A program made the position numbers and the translations under genes. 64,000 nt of DNA from Burkholderiaceae bacterium (lineage in GTDB: Bacteria > Pseudomonadota > Gammaproteobacteria > Burkholderiales > Burkholderiaceae_E): the NCBI GenBank assembly GCA_041396665.1, contig JAWKYE010000014.1, positions 102,189 to 166,188 of the forward strand. The letters run 5' to 3'. Below the pieces are notes generated by a model. It saw nothing but the letters and a program-made list of their open reading frames with translations, was not told where the DNA came from and searched no databases. The stretch's first letter is position 1, and every line of letters starts with the position of its first letter. Below are positions 41,621 to 51,404 of this stretch, one piece after another.

Positions 41621-43696
41621 TCAGCGCCTCCTGCCCGTCAGAGATGAGAACCCGCGGTAGGCGCGGGGCGTGTCCGGCTTGTCCTCGTCTTGCGCGGCCG
41701 GCGGCACCGGCGCCGTGACAGGCGTCGGCGACGAAGGCGCCTGGCCTGGCGCCGCGCGCTGTTGGGCCGCAGAACCGCGGGGGCCTGCGGCCTTGCCGGG
41801 TGCGGGAGCCCCGTACGGAGCCGGTGCGCCGTAGGGGGCGGTGGATCCCGAAGGCGCGGGCGCGCCGTAGGGGGCCGGAGAACCGTAAGGAGCCGGAGAA
41901 CCGTAAGGCGCCGGGGAACCATAAGGGGCCGGGGAACCATAGGGAGCCGGGGATCCGTAAGGCGCCGGCGACCCGGAAGGCGCCCGCGAGCCGTAAGGCG
42001 CCGGCGATCCATACGGCGTTGGCGACCCGTACGGCGCCGGGGCGCGGTAAGGCGCCCTGCCGGGAGTGGGTGCCGCCTGTCCCGGCGGCCGGGACAGCAC
42101 CGGGGCCGCGGCGCGCTCGGGAACCGGCGCCGGTGTCGGGCGCGCCGGCGCCGGCCGGGTTGCCGCCGGTGCCGGTCCCGGGCGGGCCGGCTCGATCCGC
42201 TGGGTGGGCGCACGCCGCCCGTCCGATGGCAGGTGTGGCTCGTCTGCGGCCCTGCCTTTGCGCCGATCGCCGATCCGCCCGTGCTCGTCGGTGACCGTGT
42301 GTGGAATCCGCGCCCGCTCGCCGCCACCATCGCGCAGCGACGACATCTGCTGGTAGACCTCGCCGATCGGCCACTGCGCCTTCTGAGCGGCCACCTGGCA
42401 CGACTCGATCAGCGCACAGTTCTTGGCCTCGCGTCGATGCGCCTTCATGTCGCCATCGCGATAGGCATTCAGGATGCGCAACTCGATCGGGTTCATCCGC
42501 AACTGCGAAGCCACCACGTCCATGTGGCTCTCGATCGCGAAATCCACCCCGGTGATGCCAAAGCCGCGCATCGCGGTGGCCGGCGTGCGGTTGGTATAGA
42601 CGCAGAACACGTCGCTGCTGACATTGGGGATCGTGTACGGCCCGGGCAGGTGGCCGGTGGCCTTGATGATCGCGTAGCTGGACAGCCGGGTGTACGCTCC
42701 CGAATCGAAGTAGCCGCGAAACTCGCGCGCGACGATCCGCCCATCGTTCATCACGCCGTCGCGGATGTACCAGCGCTCGGCACCGCGCGGCGCCCCGACC
42801 TGCATCTCCTCTGCCCTGTCCCACATGAACTTGACCGGCCGTCCGGTCAGCATGCAGCCCAGGATCGCCATCGGCTCGACCTGGCTGTCCACCTTGCCCC
42901 CGAAGCCGCCGCCCACGGTGCCCCCGATGAAGTGCATCTTGTTGGACGGCAGGTTCAGCAGCTTGGCGGCCGTGCCCAGCGAAAAGAACAAGGCCTGGGT
43001 CGACGTGTGGCAGACGATCCGGTCGTTGGTCTCGGGCGCGGCGATCGCGCCGTTGGTCTCGGTGGGCGCCTGCTCGATCGGCGACATCTGGTAGCGTCCC
43101 TCGATCACGTGGTCGGCCTTGGCGAACGCCGAGGCCACGTCGCCGAATCGCAGCTTCTGGTGATCGTAACGCTCGTGAAAATCGAAGGTGTTGTCGGGGT
43201 ACACGTCATTGACCACCGGCGCATCCGGTAGCAGCGCTTCTTCCACGTCCAGCACGTGCGGCAATACCTCGTACTCGACCACCACCGCATTGACCGCGGC
43301 CCTGGCCTGCGCGTCGGTCTGCGCAATGATCGCCAACACCGGCTCGCCACGGTAACGGACCTTCTGCGAAGCCAGCATCGGCTCGTCGTCGCGGCCGAAC
43401 TCGATCAGGCTGAGCAGCGTGTTCAGGTTGACCGGCACGTCGCGTGGCTGCACCACCCGCACCACCCCCGGCAGGCGCTCGGCCTGCGAAAAGTCGACCC
43501 GCCGGATCCGCGCATGGTGGTGCGGGCTGCGCACGCAGCGCATGTGCAACAGGCCCTCGAACAGGTGATCGTCATAGAACGGGCTGCGCCCGGTCACGTG
43601 ACCCAGGATGTCCTGGCGGATCGTCGGCTTGCCGATCTCGTTCAGGTCGTCATCGCGTTCGTCGGCGAACAAGTCCTTGCGAAATTCAATGGCCAT
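41621..43696 (-). CDS. XDH/CODH-family large subunit, N-terminal half (CoxL-like) fused in frame to a 0.7-kb Pro/Ala/Gly/Ser/Tyr-rich repeat tail
   Basis: MAIEFRKDLFADERDD…HMRCVRSPHHHARI…GGTVGGGFGGKVD (molybdopterin motif)… through CALIESCQVAAQKAQWPIGEV at about 42370. About 230 aa of low-complexity sequence follow, including (APYGSP) x about 14, and a stop at 41621. AAGGAA ribosome-binding site before the ATG at 43694-43696. Confidence 0.7.
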   Translation of the reverse strand: MAIEFRKDLFADERDDDLNEIGKPTIRQDILGHVTGRSPFYDDHLFEGLLHMRCVRSPHHHARIRRVDFSQAERLPGVVRVVQPRDVPVNLNTLLSLIEFGRDDEPMLASQKVRYRGEPVLAIIAQTDAQARAAVNAVVVEYEVLPHVLDVEEALLPDAPVVNDVYPDNTFDFHERYDHQKLRFGDVASAFAKADHVIEGRYQMSPIEQAPTETNGAIAAPETNDRIVCHTSTQALFFSLGTAAKLLNLPSNKMHFIGGTVGGGFGGKVDSQVEPMAILGCMLTGRPVKFMWDRAEEMQVGAPRGAERWYIRDGVMNDGRIVAREFRGYFDSGAYTRLSSYAIIKATGHLPGPYTIPNVSSDVFCVYTNRTPATAMRGFGITGVDFAIESHMDVVASQLRMNPIELRILNAYRDGDMKAHRREAKNCALIESCQVAAQKAQWPIGEVYQQMSSLRDGGGERARIPHTVTDEHGRIGDRRKGRAADEPHLPSDGRRAPTQRIEPARPGPAPAATRPAPARPTPAPVPERAAAPVLSRPPGQAAPTPGRAPYRAPAPYGSPTPYGSPAPYGSRAPSGSPAPYGSPAPYGSPAPYGSPAPYGSPAPYGSPAPYGAPAPSGSTAPYGAPAPYGAPAPGKAAGPRGSAAQQRAAPGQAPSSPTPVTAPVPPAAQDEDKPDTPRAYRGFSSLTGRRR
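41804..42058 (-). repeat. Imperfect 18-bp tandem repeat array (about 14 units) encoding (A/T)P(Y/S)G(S/A)(P/R) hexapeptides
   Basis: Units on the + strand: GGAGAACCGTAAGGAGCC, GGAGAACCGTAAGGCGCC, GGGGAACCATAAGGGGCC, GGGGATCCGTAAGGCGCC, GGCGACCCGTACGGCGCC and so on. They are in frame with the coxL N-terminal ORF on the - strand. Confidence 0.85.
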
Positions 43697-43704
43697 GATG
43701 TTCC

Positions 43705-44196
43705 TTACGCACGGCGGCCGCCGCCCTGGCGGGCAGCCACCAGGATGGCGTCGATGATCGGCTCGTAGCCGGTGCAGCGGCAGATGTTGCCGCCGATCGC
43801 CTCGATGACCTCGTCCCTGTCGGGGCTGGGGTTGCGATCGAGCAAGGCCTTGGCAGCCATCAGCATGCCCGGGGTACAGTAGCCGCATTGGGCGGCGAAG
43901 CCCTCGATGAAGGCGGTCTGCAACGGATGCAGCGTCGCGCCGTCGGACAGGCCGCTGACCGTGCCGACCTCGCGCCCCTCGACGGTCTCGGCCAAGGTGA
44001 GGCAGGACAGCTGCGGTTCGCCGTCGACCAGCACCGTGCAGCAGCCACAGGTGCCCTGCCCGCAGCCGTACTTCGGACCCAGGTCGCCGACGCCACGGCG
44101 CAGCACGTCGAGCAGGTTCTGCCCGTCTTCGACGAACACGGCCTTGTCCTGGCCGTTGAGGGAGAACTGGAGCGGTTTTCTGGCCATCGACATCAT
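43705..44196 (-). CDS. coxS: (2Fe-2S)-binding small subunit, CoxS-like
   Basis: CGQGTCGCCTV and CGYCTPGM Fe-S motifs. 163 aa, intact. Confidence 0.85.
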   Translation of the reverse strand: MMSMARKPLQFSLNGQDKAVFVEDGQNLLDVLRRGVGDLGPKYGCGQGTCGCCTVLVDGEPQLSCLTLAETVEGREVGTVSGLSDGATLHPLQTAFIEGFAAQCGYCTPGMLMAAKALLDRNPSPDRDEVIEAIGGNICRCTGYEPIIDAILVAARQGGGRRA

Positions 44197-44238
44197 CCTG
44201 TTGTAGGGAGGGTTGCGCGCCTGCTCATCGCGACGGCG

Positions 44239-45056
44239 TCACTGTGCCAGCAACAGGCGGCGCAGGTGCACCGGCGCCACCTCGCGCCGGTACCAGCCCG
44301 AGGCGATCGAGTCGGTCGGCGGATCGACACCGTCCAGACAGTGATGCAGCGCCTGGGCGATTCCCGCTTCGGTCAGGCTCTGTCCCTCGAGCGCCTGCTC
44401 GAGCGCCGGCACCCTGAACGGCCGGCGTGCCATCGAGCCGTAGGCGACGCGGGCACCGGCGATCCGCGAGGACCGCGACGGCAGCAGCGCGGCGATCGTC
44501 ATCACCGCGATGCCCCGGGGCCGCACGCGCGACACCTTGCGAAAACGCAGGGCATCGCGCGCCGGCCGCGCGAATGACACCGTCGAGACGATGCCGGCCG
44601 GACGCTGCGGCCCCTCGAGCGCCAGCAGGAAGTCCTCGAGGGCCCAGACGGTCTCGCCGGCCGGCGACACCAGCGTGAGTTCGGCCTCGAGCACCAGCAA
44701 CGCGCAGGTGAAGTCGCCGTAGGGAGAGCGCGCGAACAGGTTGCCGCCCACGGTGGCCGTGGTGCGCACCGCCGGCCCGCCCACTTTTAGCGCCACCGGC
44801 GCAAGAAACGCCAGTTCCCGGCTGGCCAGCACCTGGCTCATCGTCACCCCGGCGCCCAGCACCAGACGATCGCCGCGCGCGTCGATCCGGGTGAACGCCG
44901 GGTCGGTGGTGCGCACCAGCGTCTCGAATCGCAGGCGCCCTCGTTGACGGCCCGCATCACCAGCGTGCCGCCACCGAGAAAACCGGCGCCCCCGGGGGCA
45001 GCCAGCGCACGGGCGGCCTCGTCGAGCCGGGCGAACGCCTTGACGGTCAGGGTCAT
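44239..45056 (-). pseudogene. coxM: FAD-binding medium subunit, CoxM-like, with one frameshift
   Basis: The N-terminus MTLTVKAFARLDEAARALAAPGGAGFLGGGTLVMRAVNEG (44844..45056 frame) is typical of the FAD-binding subunit. The remainder (…LVRTTDPAFTRIDARGDRLVLGAGVTMSQV… to the stop at 44239) is in the 44239..45120 frame. The switch is at about 44950. Confidence 0.7.
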
Positions 45057-45526
45057 GAGTCACGGTCCTTGGTGTGATGGGAGGCGGCCTGCTCATCGAG
45101 CAGCCGGGCAACGGCGGCAAACCCCGCCTCGTAGATCTGCTTGCCGACCATGTCCTTCATCTGGTCGGCCAACCCGGCAAGAGTGTCGAACTGGCACGAC
45201 CATTCCCAGAAGGTCAGGTTGCCATCGGTCACCGGTACCAGCTGGATGCGGGCAACGTAGTTGAGCAATGGCACCGGCGTATCCAGCAGACAGTAGCGCA
45301 ACGTGGCCGTGGCATCGGACAGCTCGAGCAACTGCTCGCGCAACTGCGCGCCATCGGCCAGCCGGAAGTTGCGCACGCAACCGACCGCATCGGTCGGGCG
45401 ACCGCGCTCCAGGTGGCTCTGGGCGACCGCCGGATGCCAGCGATCATGGCCGTTGAAGTCGCGCAGCACCGCCCAGACCCGGTCGATCGGGTGCTCGAGC
45501 ACGGTGCTGCGGGTCAGCTTGATCAT
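45053..45526 (-). CDS. SRPBCC-family (polyketide cyclase / CoxG-like) protein
   Basis: 157 aa (…VWAVLRDFNGHDRWHPAV…), intact. Confidence 0.7.
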   Translation of the reverse strand: MIKLTRSTVLEHPIDRVWAVLRDFNGHDRWHPAVAQSHLERGRPTDAVGCVRNFRLADGAQLREQLLELSDATATLRYCLLDTPVPLLNYVARIQLVPVTDGNLTFWEWSCQFDTLAGLADQMKDMVGKQIYEAGFAAVARLLDEQAASHHTKDRDS

Positions 45527-45538
45527 GGTCCGCGCCCG

Positions 45539-45979
45539 CTACTTGCGCGTGAAGCGCCGCTTGAGCGCGTCGAACCCGGCCTGGAAGACGTTGCCGCCCA
45601 CTCCCTGCACCAACTCGTCCTCGACCTCGGGCGCGCACTCGAACTCGGCCGACCACTCGGCAAAGCAGCGGTCGCCATCGGTGATCGGCGTCAGCCGCAG
45701 CGTCGACACGTAATCGGTCAGCGGCATCGGGCTTTGCAGGATCGAGTAAGTGCACGACATCTCGTAGTCGGACAGCGCCAGCAGCTTCTCGCGCAGCTGG
45801 TCGCCGTTCTGCAGCCGGAAACTGCGCACACAGCCGACCCGGTCGGCCGGTTCGCCGTTCTCTATCTGGCTGTCGGCAATGCGCGGATGCCAGCGCGGCA
45901 ACCCGTTGAAATCGCGGATGCGCGCCCAGACTTCCGCGGCCGGCGCATCGATCACGCTAGAGACAAACACCTTGGCCAT
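45539..45979 (-). CDS. SRPBCC-family protein, tandem paralogue of the previous gene
   Basis: 146 aa (…VWARIRDFNGLPRWHPRI…VGCVRSFRL…), about 45% identical by eye to 45053..45526. Confidence 0.7.
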   Translation of the reverse strand: MAKVFVSSVIDAPAAEVWARIRDFNGLPRWHPRIADSQIENGEPADRVGCVRSFRLQNGDQLREKLLALSDYEMSCTYSILQSPMPLTDYVSTLRLTPITDGDRCFAEWSAEFECAPEVEDELVQGVGGNVFQAGFDALKRRFTRK

Positions 45980-45991
45980 CTGCTCGCTCCG

Positions 45992-48782
45992 TTACTTGCG
46001 CTTGGCCGGCGCGTCGGGCTTGTCGCCGCCACCCGAGGCGTCACCGCTGGCGGCCGGCCCCTTCGTATCGCCCTTGCCCTGCCCCACGTCCTTGGCAATC
46101 GCCGTCATGTCGCGTGCCTCGCGGATCAGCCCGCCCATCTTGGACAGGTTGCCTCCCTCGATGCCGATGTCCGCGAGCAGGCTGTCGACCATCGGCGCCT
46201 GCACCCGGTAGCGCAGCGCCGAATCGATGACCTCGTCGGTCGCGTTCTTGCGCTCGCCCGAACCCGAGCCCCCGCCACCCAGGCCATCGAGTTGCATGAT
46301 GCGGATGTCGTTGATCTTCTCCATCGGCTTGACCGACGCGGCGACGATGCCCTCGATGTGCTCGAGCAGCTTGCGCCGGAACAGCGAGTAACGGGCTTCG
46401 TCGGTGAGGACGTTCTCGGCCTCGTTGAGCAGGCGCTGGCCCTCGGCCTCGACCGCGGTCCGGATCGCCTGCGCCTCGGCCGCGATCCGCGCCTCCTCGG
46501 CGGCCTTCTCGGCCAACGTGACATCGACGGCCCGGCGCCGGTTCGCCTGCTCGGTCTCGCGCGCGGTCGTGACCTGCTCCTCGGCCTCGGCCACCTTGAC
46601 CCGGGCCAGGTCGGCCTTGGCCTGGGCGGCCAGTTCCTCGAGCGACTTCTGGTAGAGCGAGATCGCCTTGTCCATCAGCGAGCCCTCGATCGCCAGGTCG
46701 CGCTCGACCTCCTTGACCCGGCGCTGCCTCTCCTGGTCGATCCGCGCCTCGTCCAGCGCGCGCTCGGCCTCGATCCGCCGCTGCTCGACCTGCTCGTTGA
46801 ACGCCACTTCGGATTCGCGCAACGCCTGCATCCGTGCCACCTCGAGCAATTCGATCGTGCGCCGACGCTCCAGTTGCGCGGCATCGAGTGCCTGCTGGCG
46901 CTGCACATCGAGCGTCTCGCGCGCCTTGCTGGCCTCGATCCGTTCCCGTTCCAGGTTCAGCTCGACCGTGATGCGCTCGCGCTCGACCTTGTCACGCATC
47001 CGCTGCTCGGCCGACTCGATCGCCTCGTTGCGCTGGATCTCGCGATCGCGGGTCTGCTGGTCGGCCTCGATCCGCTCGAGCACCACCTGGCGCTCGTGTG
47101 CGATGCGCGAGGTGTCGACCGCGGCCCGCGCCGATGCCTCGGCCTGCTCCAGGGCCTTCTGACGCTCGATCTCGAGGTTGCGGGTTTCCTGCTCGGATGC
47201 GATCCGGTCGGCGGCAATGCGCTTCTCGTGCACGATGCGCGCCGAATCGATCGCCTCGCGGGCCTTGACCTCGGCCTCCTCGAGGATGCGTCGCCGTTCG
47301 ATGTCCAGCGCCGCGATATCGCGTTCCTGGCCGATACGCTCGGCCGCCAGCCGCTTCTCGCGGCTGATGCGCGCGGCCTCGATCGCCTCGGTGGCGGCGA
47401 TCTCGGCCTCGTCCAGCGTGCGCTGGCGCTCGATCTCGAGCTCACCGGGTACGCCGGTCGGCGGCGATCTGCTCGGCGCTGATCGCGAACTCCTGCGAGA
47501 TACGCAGCTTCTCGGCGGCCTCGCGGGCCGCCAGGCTGGCCTCGTCGATCGCCAGCGTGCGCTCGATCTCGCGCCGCTGGGACGCCTCTTCCTTGGCGAT
47601 GCGCGCCGCATTCACCGAGCGCTCCTGGTCGATCCGCGCGCGCGCCACGGCCTCGGCCGCGGCGATCTCGGCCGACTCGATCTCGCGGCGCCGCTCGATC
47701 TCGCGCGCCTGGGTCTTTTGCTCGTTCTCGATGCGGTTTTCGGCGAGCGAACGTTCCTGGTCGATCCGGGCCAGTTCGACCAGCTGGCGGGCCGAGATCT
47801 CGGCCGAGTCGACGCTTTGCTGGCGGCTGATCTCGCGCTGGCGGATCTCGCCCTCGGAACTGATCCGCGCCTCGGCGATCGTGTGTTCGTTGGCGATCCG
47901 CTGCTTCTCTATCGTCTCGCGGGCGATGATCTGCGCCTGCTCGGCCTCGGTGTCGCGCTGCGCCCGCTCGCGGGCCAGCTCGGCCCGCTGCTGGGCGCGC
48001 CGGAACTCGACCTCGCGTTCCTGGTCCAGCCGCGCCTCCTCGCTTTCACGCTCGATCTGCAAGGCCTGCTTCTCTGCCTCGAGGTTGCGCGCGCGGATGC
48101 GGATCATCGCGTCCTGCTCGATGTCGTTGCGCAGCTTGCGCTTGCCCTCGATGTCCTCGATCAACCGGGTCAGACCCTCGGCATCGAAACGGTTGGACGG
48201 GTTGAAGAATTCCAGCTCGGTCTGGTCGATGTCGCGAATGGCCACCGATTCGAGCTCCAGGCCGTTCTGCGACAGGCTCTCCTGGACCGTCTCACCGACC
48301 CGGCGCACGTAGTTGGCCCGCTGCTCGTGCATCTCCTCCATCGTCATCTCGGCCGCCACTGCGCGCAACGCCGAGATGAACTTGCCCGACAGCAATTCGT
48401 GCAGTCGGCCCTGCTCGAGCGTGCGCCGACCGACCGTCGAGGCGGCCACCGACACCGACTTGCGATCGGGCCGTACCCGCACGTAGAACTCGGCCTCGAC
48501 GTCGACCCGCATCCGGTCCTTGGTGATCAGCGCATTGTCGCGTGCCCGCGCCACCTCGAGCTGCAGCGTGTTCATGTTGACCGGCGTGATGTCGTGCAGG
48601 ATGGGCCACACGAACGCGCCGCCGTCGATGACCACCTTCTCGCCCAGGAAGCCGGTGCGCACGAACGCGATCTCCTTGGTCGATCGCCGGTACAGCCGGT
48701 TGATCACCCAGTAGATGATCGCGATGACGATGACGACCAGGATGAACCAGAGGATCAGTTGCCCGATGAATTGCCCTGTCAT
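45992..48782 (-). pseudogene. Flotillin/SPFH-domain protein (YqiK-like) with a very long Glu/Arg/Ala coiled-coil repeat region and one frameshift
   Basis: N-terminal TM segment plus SPFH domain (47442..48782 frame), ending …FAISAEQIAADRRTR-stop. The protein continues in the 45992..47611 frame from …GELEIERQRTLDEAEIAATEAIEAARISREKRL… to the C-terminal flotillin region (…IRIMQLDGLGGGG…) and a Lys/Asp-rich tail. The switch is at about 47450-47480. Confidence 0.65.
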
Positions 48783-48854
48783 GACTTGTCTCCGAAAACA
48801 CCTTCTGCAAACCTGCTCATGTCGCTTTCCCCACCGTTGACCCCATCATCGCCT

Positions 48855-49688
48855 TCAAACCCGGCCGATGCGCTTGAATTGGGCGGTCCGCTCGGTCAGC
48901 GCCTGCTCGGTCGGCAGGCGCTCCATCGACGAGGCACCGTAGAAACCGTGGCACAGCCGCGTGTTCTGCAGCACGTACTGCGCATCCTGCGGCGTGGCCA
49001 CCGGGCCGCCGTGCACCAGCACCAGGATATCCGGGCGCACCGCGAGCGCCGCCTCTGCCCAGGCGTCGACCAGCGCCGGACACTTTTCGAGGGTGAGCGC
49101 GGTCCGCGCACCTATCGTCCCGCCGGTGGTCAGGCCCAGGTGGCAGACGATGATGTCGGCGCCGGCGCGCGCCATCGCCCGGGCCTCGTCCTCGTTGAAC
49201 ACGTAGGGCGTGGTCAGCAGGTCCTTGCCATGGGCGCAGGCGATCATGTCCACCTCCAGCCCGTACGACATCCCGGTCTCTTCCAGGTTCGCCCGGAACG
49301 TGCCGTCGATCAGCCCCACCGTGGGAAAGTTCTGCACGCCCGCAAACCCCAGTCGTTTGAGTTCGTCCAGGAACACGTCCATCCGCCGGAACGGGTCGGT
49401 GCCGTTGACCCCGGCCAGCACCGGTGTGTCGCGCACCACCGGCAACACCTCGGCGGCCATCTCGACGACGATCTGGTTGGCATCGCCGTAGGCCAGCATG
49501 CCGGCCAGCGAGCCACGCCCGGCCATCCGGTAGCGGCCCGAGTTGTAAATGACGATCAGGTCGATGCCGCCGGCCTCCTCGCACCTGGCCGACAACCCGG
49601 TACCCGCGCCGCCACCGATGATCGGTTCGCCGCGTCGCGCCATATCGTGGAATCGCGCCATCAACGCGCGCCTGTCACCAACACTCAT
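48855..49688 (-). CDS. Phosphoenolpyruvate hydrolase-like family protein (TIM-barrel partner of UPF0261)
   Basis: 277 aa, [59 protein letters not shown]…, intact. The ATG overlaps the stop of the repeat ORF (ATGA). Confidence 0.75.
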   Translation of the reverse strand: MSVGDRRALMARFHDMARRGEPIIGGGAGTGLSARCEEAGGIDLIVIYNSGRYRMAGRGSLAGMLAYGDANQIVVEMAAEVLPVVRDTPVLAGVNGTDPFRRMDVFLDELKRLGFAGVQNFPTVGLIDGTFRANLEETGMSYGLEVDMIACAHGKDLLTTPYVFNEDEARAMARAGADIIVCHLGLTTGGTIGARTALTLEKCPALVDAWAEAALAVRPDILVLVHGGPVATPQDAQYVLQNTRLCHGFYGASSMERLPTEQALTERTAQFKRIGRV

Positions 49689-49876
49689 GGGGACTCTCCT
49701 TCAGGCTTCGCCTTCCGGTATTCGCCCTTGGGGCGGCCCTGCGGGCTCATCGGACTTTCACCTTCAGGCTTCGCCTTCCGGTATTCGCCCTTGGGGCGGC
49801 CCTGCGGGCTCATCGGTCTTTCACCTTCAGGCTTCGCCTTCCGGTATTCGCCCTTGGGGCGGCCCTGCGGGCTCAT
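49685..49876 (-). repeat. Perfect 3 x 63-bp tandem repeat forming a 63-aa ORF, each unit starting ATG: 3 x [19 protein letters not shown](S/R)P
   Basis: The period is 63 bp (unit starts at 49701, 49764, 49827). The three units differ at only 2-3 positions. The ATG of unit 1 overlaps the UPF0261 stop and the stop overlaps the PEP-hydrolase ATG. Confidence 0.85.
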
Positions 49877-51160
49877 GACACCCTCCGTTTTCGGCTGTCC
49901 CGCGGGCTGCCGTTGCCCCGGCTGCGCCGCAGGCCGTGCACCGCGTAGAAGGCGCGCAGCACCTCGTCGGCAAACGCCGGATCGTTGATGTGCATCGGCA
50001 GGCGCACCAGTTGCCGCTCGCTGCTGCGGGTCACACTGGCCTCGATCGCGGCGAACAAGACCTCGGTGAGCGCCGGGTCGTGAAACGGCTGGCCGGGCGC
50101 ATCCAGTGCCGACAGCCCGCCCTCGGGCATCAGGAAGCGCACCGGGCCGCGCATGCGGTTCAGCTTGGCGCCTATCCAGCGGCCGATCCGTTCATTCTCC
50201 TCGGCGTTGGTGCGCATCAGCGTCACCTGCGGGTTGTGCATCACCAGTTGACGCTGTTCGCGAATCGCCTCGGGCACCGAGTCGGGTGCGCCGAAGTTCA
50301 CCATGTCCAGCGCGCCGGGGGCGCCGACATACGGCATCGCGGCTCGCACGAAGGCCTCGAGCCGGTCTTCGGTCGCCGCCAGCACGCCGCCGGCCAGCAG
50401 GTCCGCAATCTCGGTGGTGGTCAGATCGATCACGCCCATCACCTGACCGGTGTCGACCAGGTTCTCCATCGCGCGCCCGCCCACCCCGGTCGCATGAAAG
50501 ACCAGGCAGTCGAAGTCGTCGGCCATCGCGCGGCTGATCCGTTGCACCGCGGGCGTCGTGACCCCGAACATCGTCAGGCCGACGGCAGCTCGCTCGGCCA
50601 ATGCCGCCTGGCCCAGCCGACGCCCGGCACTGCCCGCCAGTTGCTGCTCGCGGCGCGCCCGTGCCATGCCGATCATCGCCTGCGCGGCATTGCCCAGCAC
50701 GTCGCGGGTGATCCGGTTCAGGCCCTGCACATCGGCGACCGAATGCATCATCATGATGTCCGACGGCCCGACATAGGCGCGACGTCGCCGCTGGCCACCG
50801 TCGAGACCATCAGCTTGGGAACACCGATCGGCAGCGCCCGCATCGCCGGCGTGACCATCGCCGTCGCCCCTGATCCGCCCGCGCCCAACAGGCCGGCAAT
50901 GCCGCTCTGGCGTCGCACCCAGCGCTCGAAGGCCAGCGCCATGCCGGCCACCGCCTCGCCGCGATCGGCAACGAACACGCCGGCCGCACCCCGCGGGTGC
51001 CACGCGGCCACCTGGTGCGCAGGGATGTCGGCCGACGACTGGCGCCCACTGGTCGACACATCGACCAGGCGCACCGCGATCCCCGCCGCCTTGAGCAGAT
51101 CGCGCAACAGCCGCAGTTCCTCGCCCTTGGTGTCCAGCGTGCCGGCCACCAGCACCACCG
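49873..51160 (-). pseudogene. UPF0261 (Tm-1-like ATP-binding) family protein with one frameshift
   Basis: N-terminal [19 protein letters not shown]…[15 protein letters not shown] (frame of 50751..52154), then [25 protein letters not shown]… to the stop at 49873 (frame of 49873..51966). GAC-GTC-GCG-CC / TAT-GTC is 1 nt short. The N-terminal start is uncertain (possibly GTG in DAVVLV). Confidence 0.7.
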
Positions 51161-51404
51161 CATCGCCGAGCGACGAAAGCGGACGCAGATCGACCCGCGG
51201 ATCGGCTGCCGGCGCCACGTCCGACACGGTGCGTGCCGAGGCCACCAACCGGCTGACCGGTACCGGGCGGCTCCAGCGGGTGGGCAGCGTCGGGTTCGAC
51301 TGGTAGATCCGGTGCACGCTCGCCACCGGCGCCTGGGCCTGCTGCGAACCGGCGCCGGTGGCGGACACGGCGTCGTCTTGCGCATCGTGGTGACTGCCGC
51401 GGCC

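Noticed and set aside
41621-43888. The upstream 64 codons of the coxL-N ORF (MRLLYPGHADGCQGLARSQPQPRQ…).
   Set aside because: This is an out-of-frame read-through of the coxS 3' end. The true start is the ATG at 43694-43696, which has an AAGGAA ribosome-binding site.
46000-48800. Possible CRISPR array or other DNA-level periodic repeat suggested by the highly repetitive protein sequence of the flotillin.
   Set aside because: The repetition is at the amino-acid level (E/R/A coiled-coil heptads). The DNA units are not conserved direct repeats with unique spacers.
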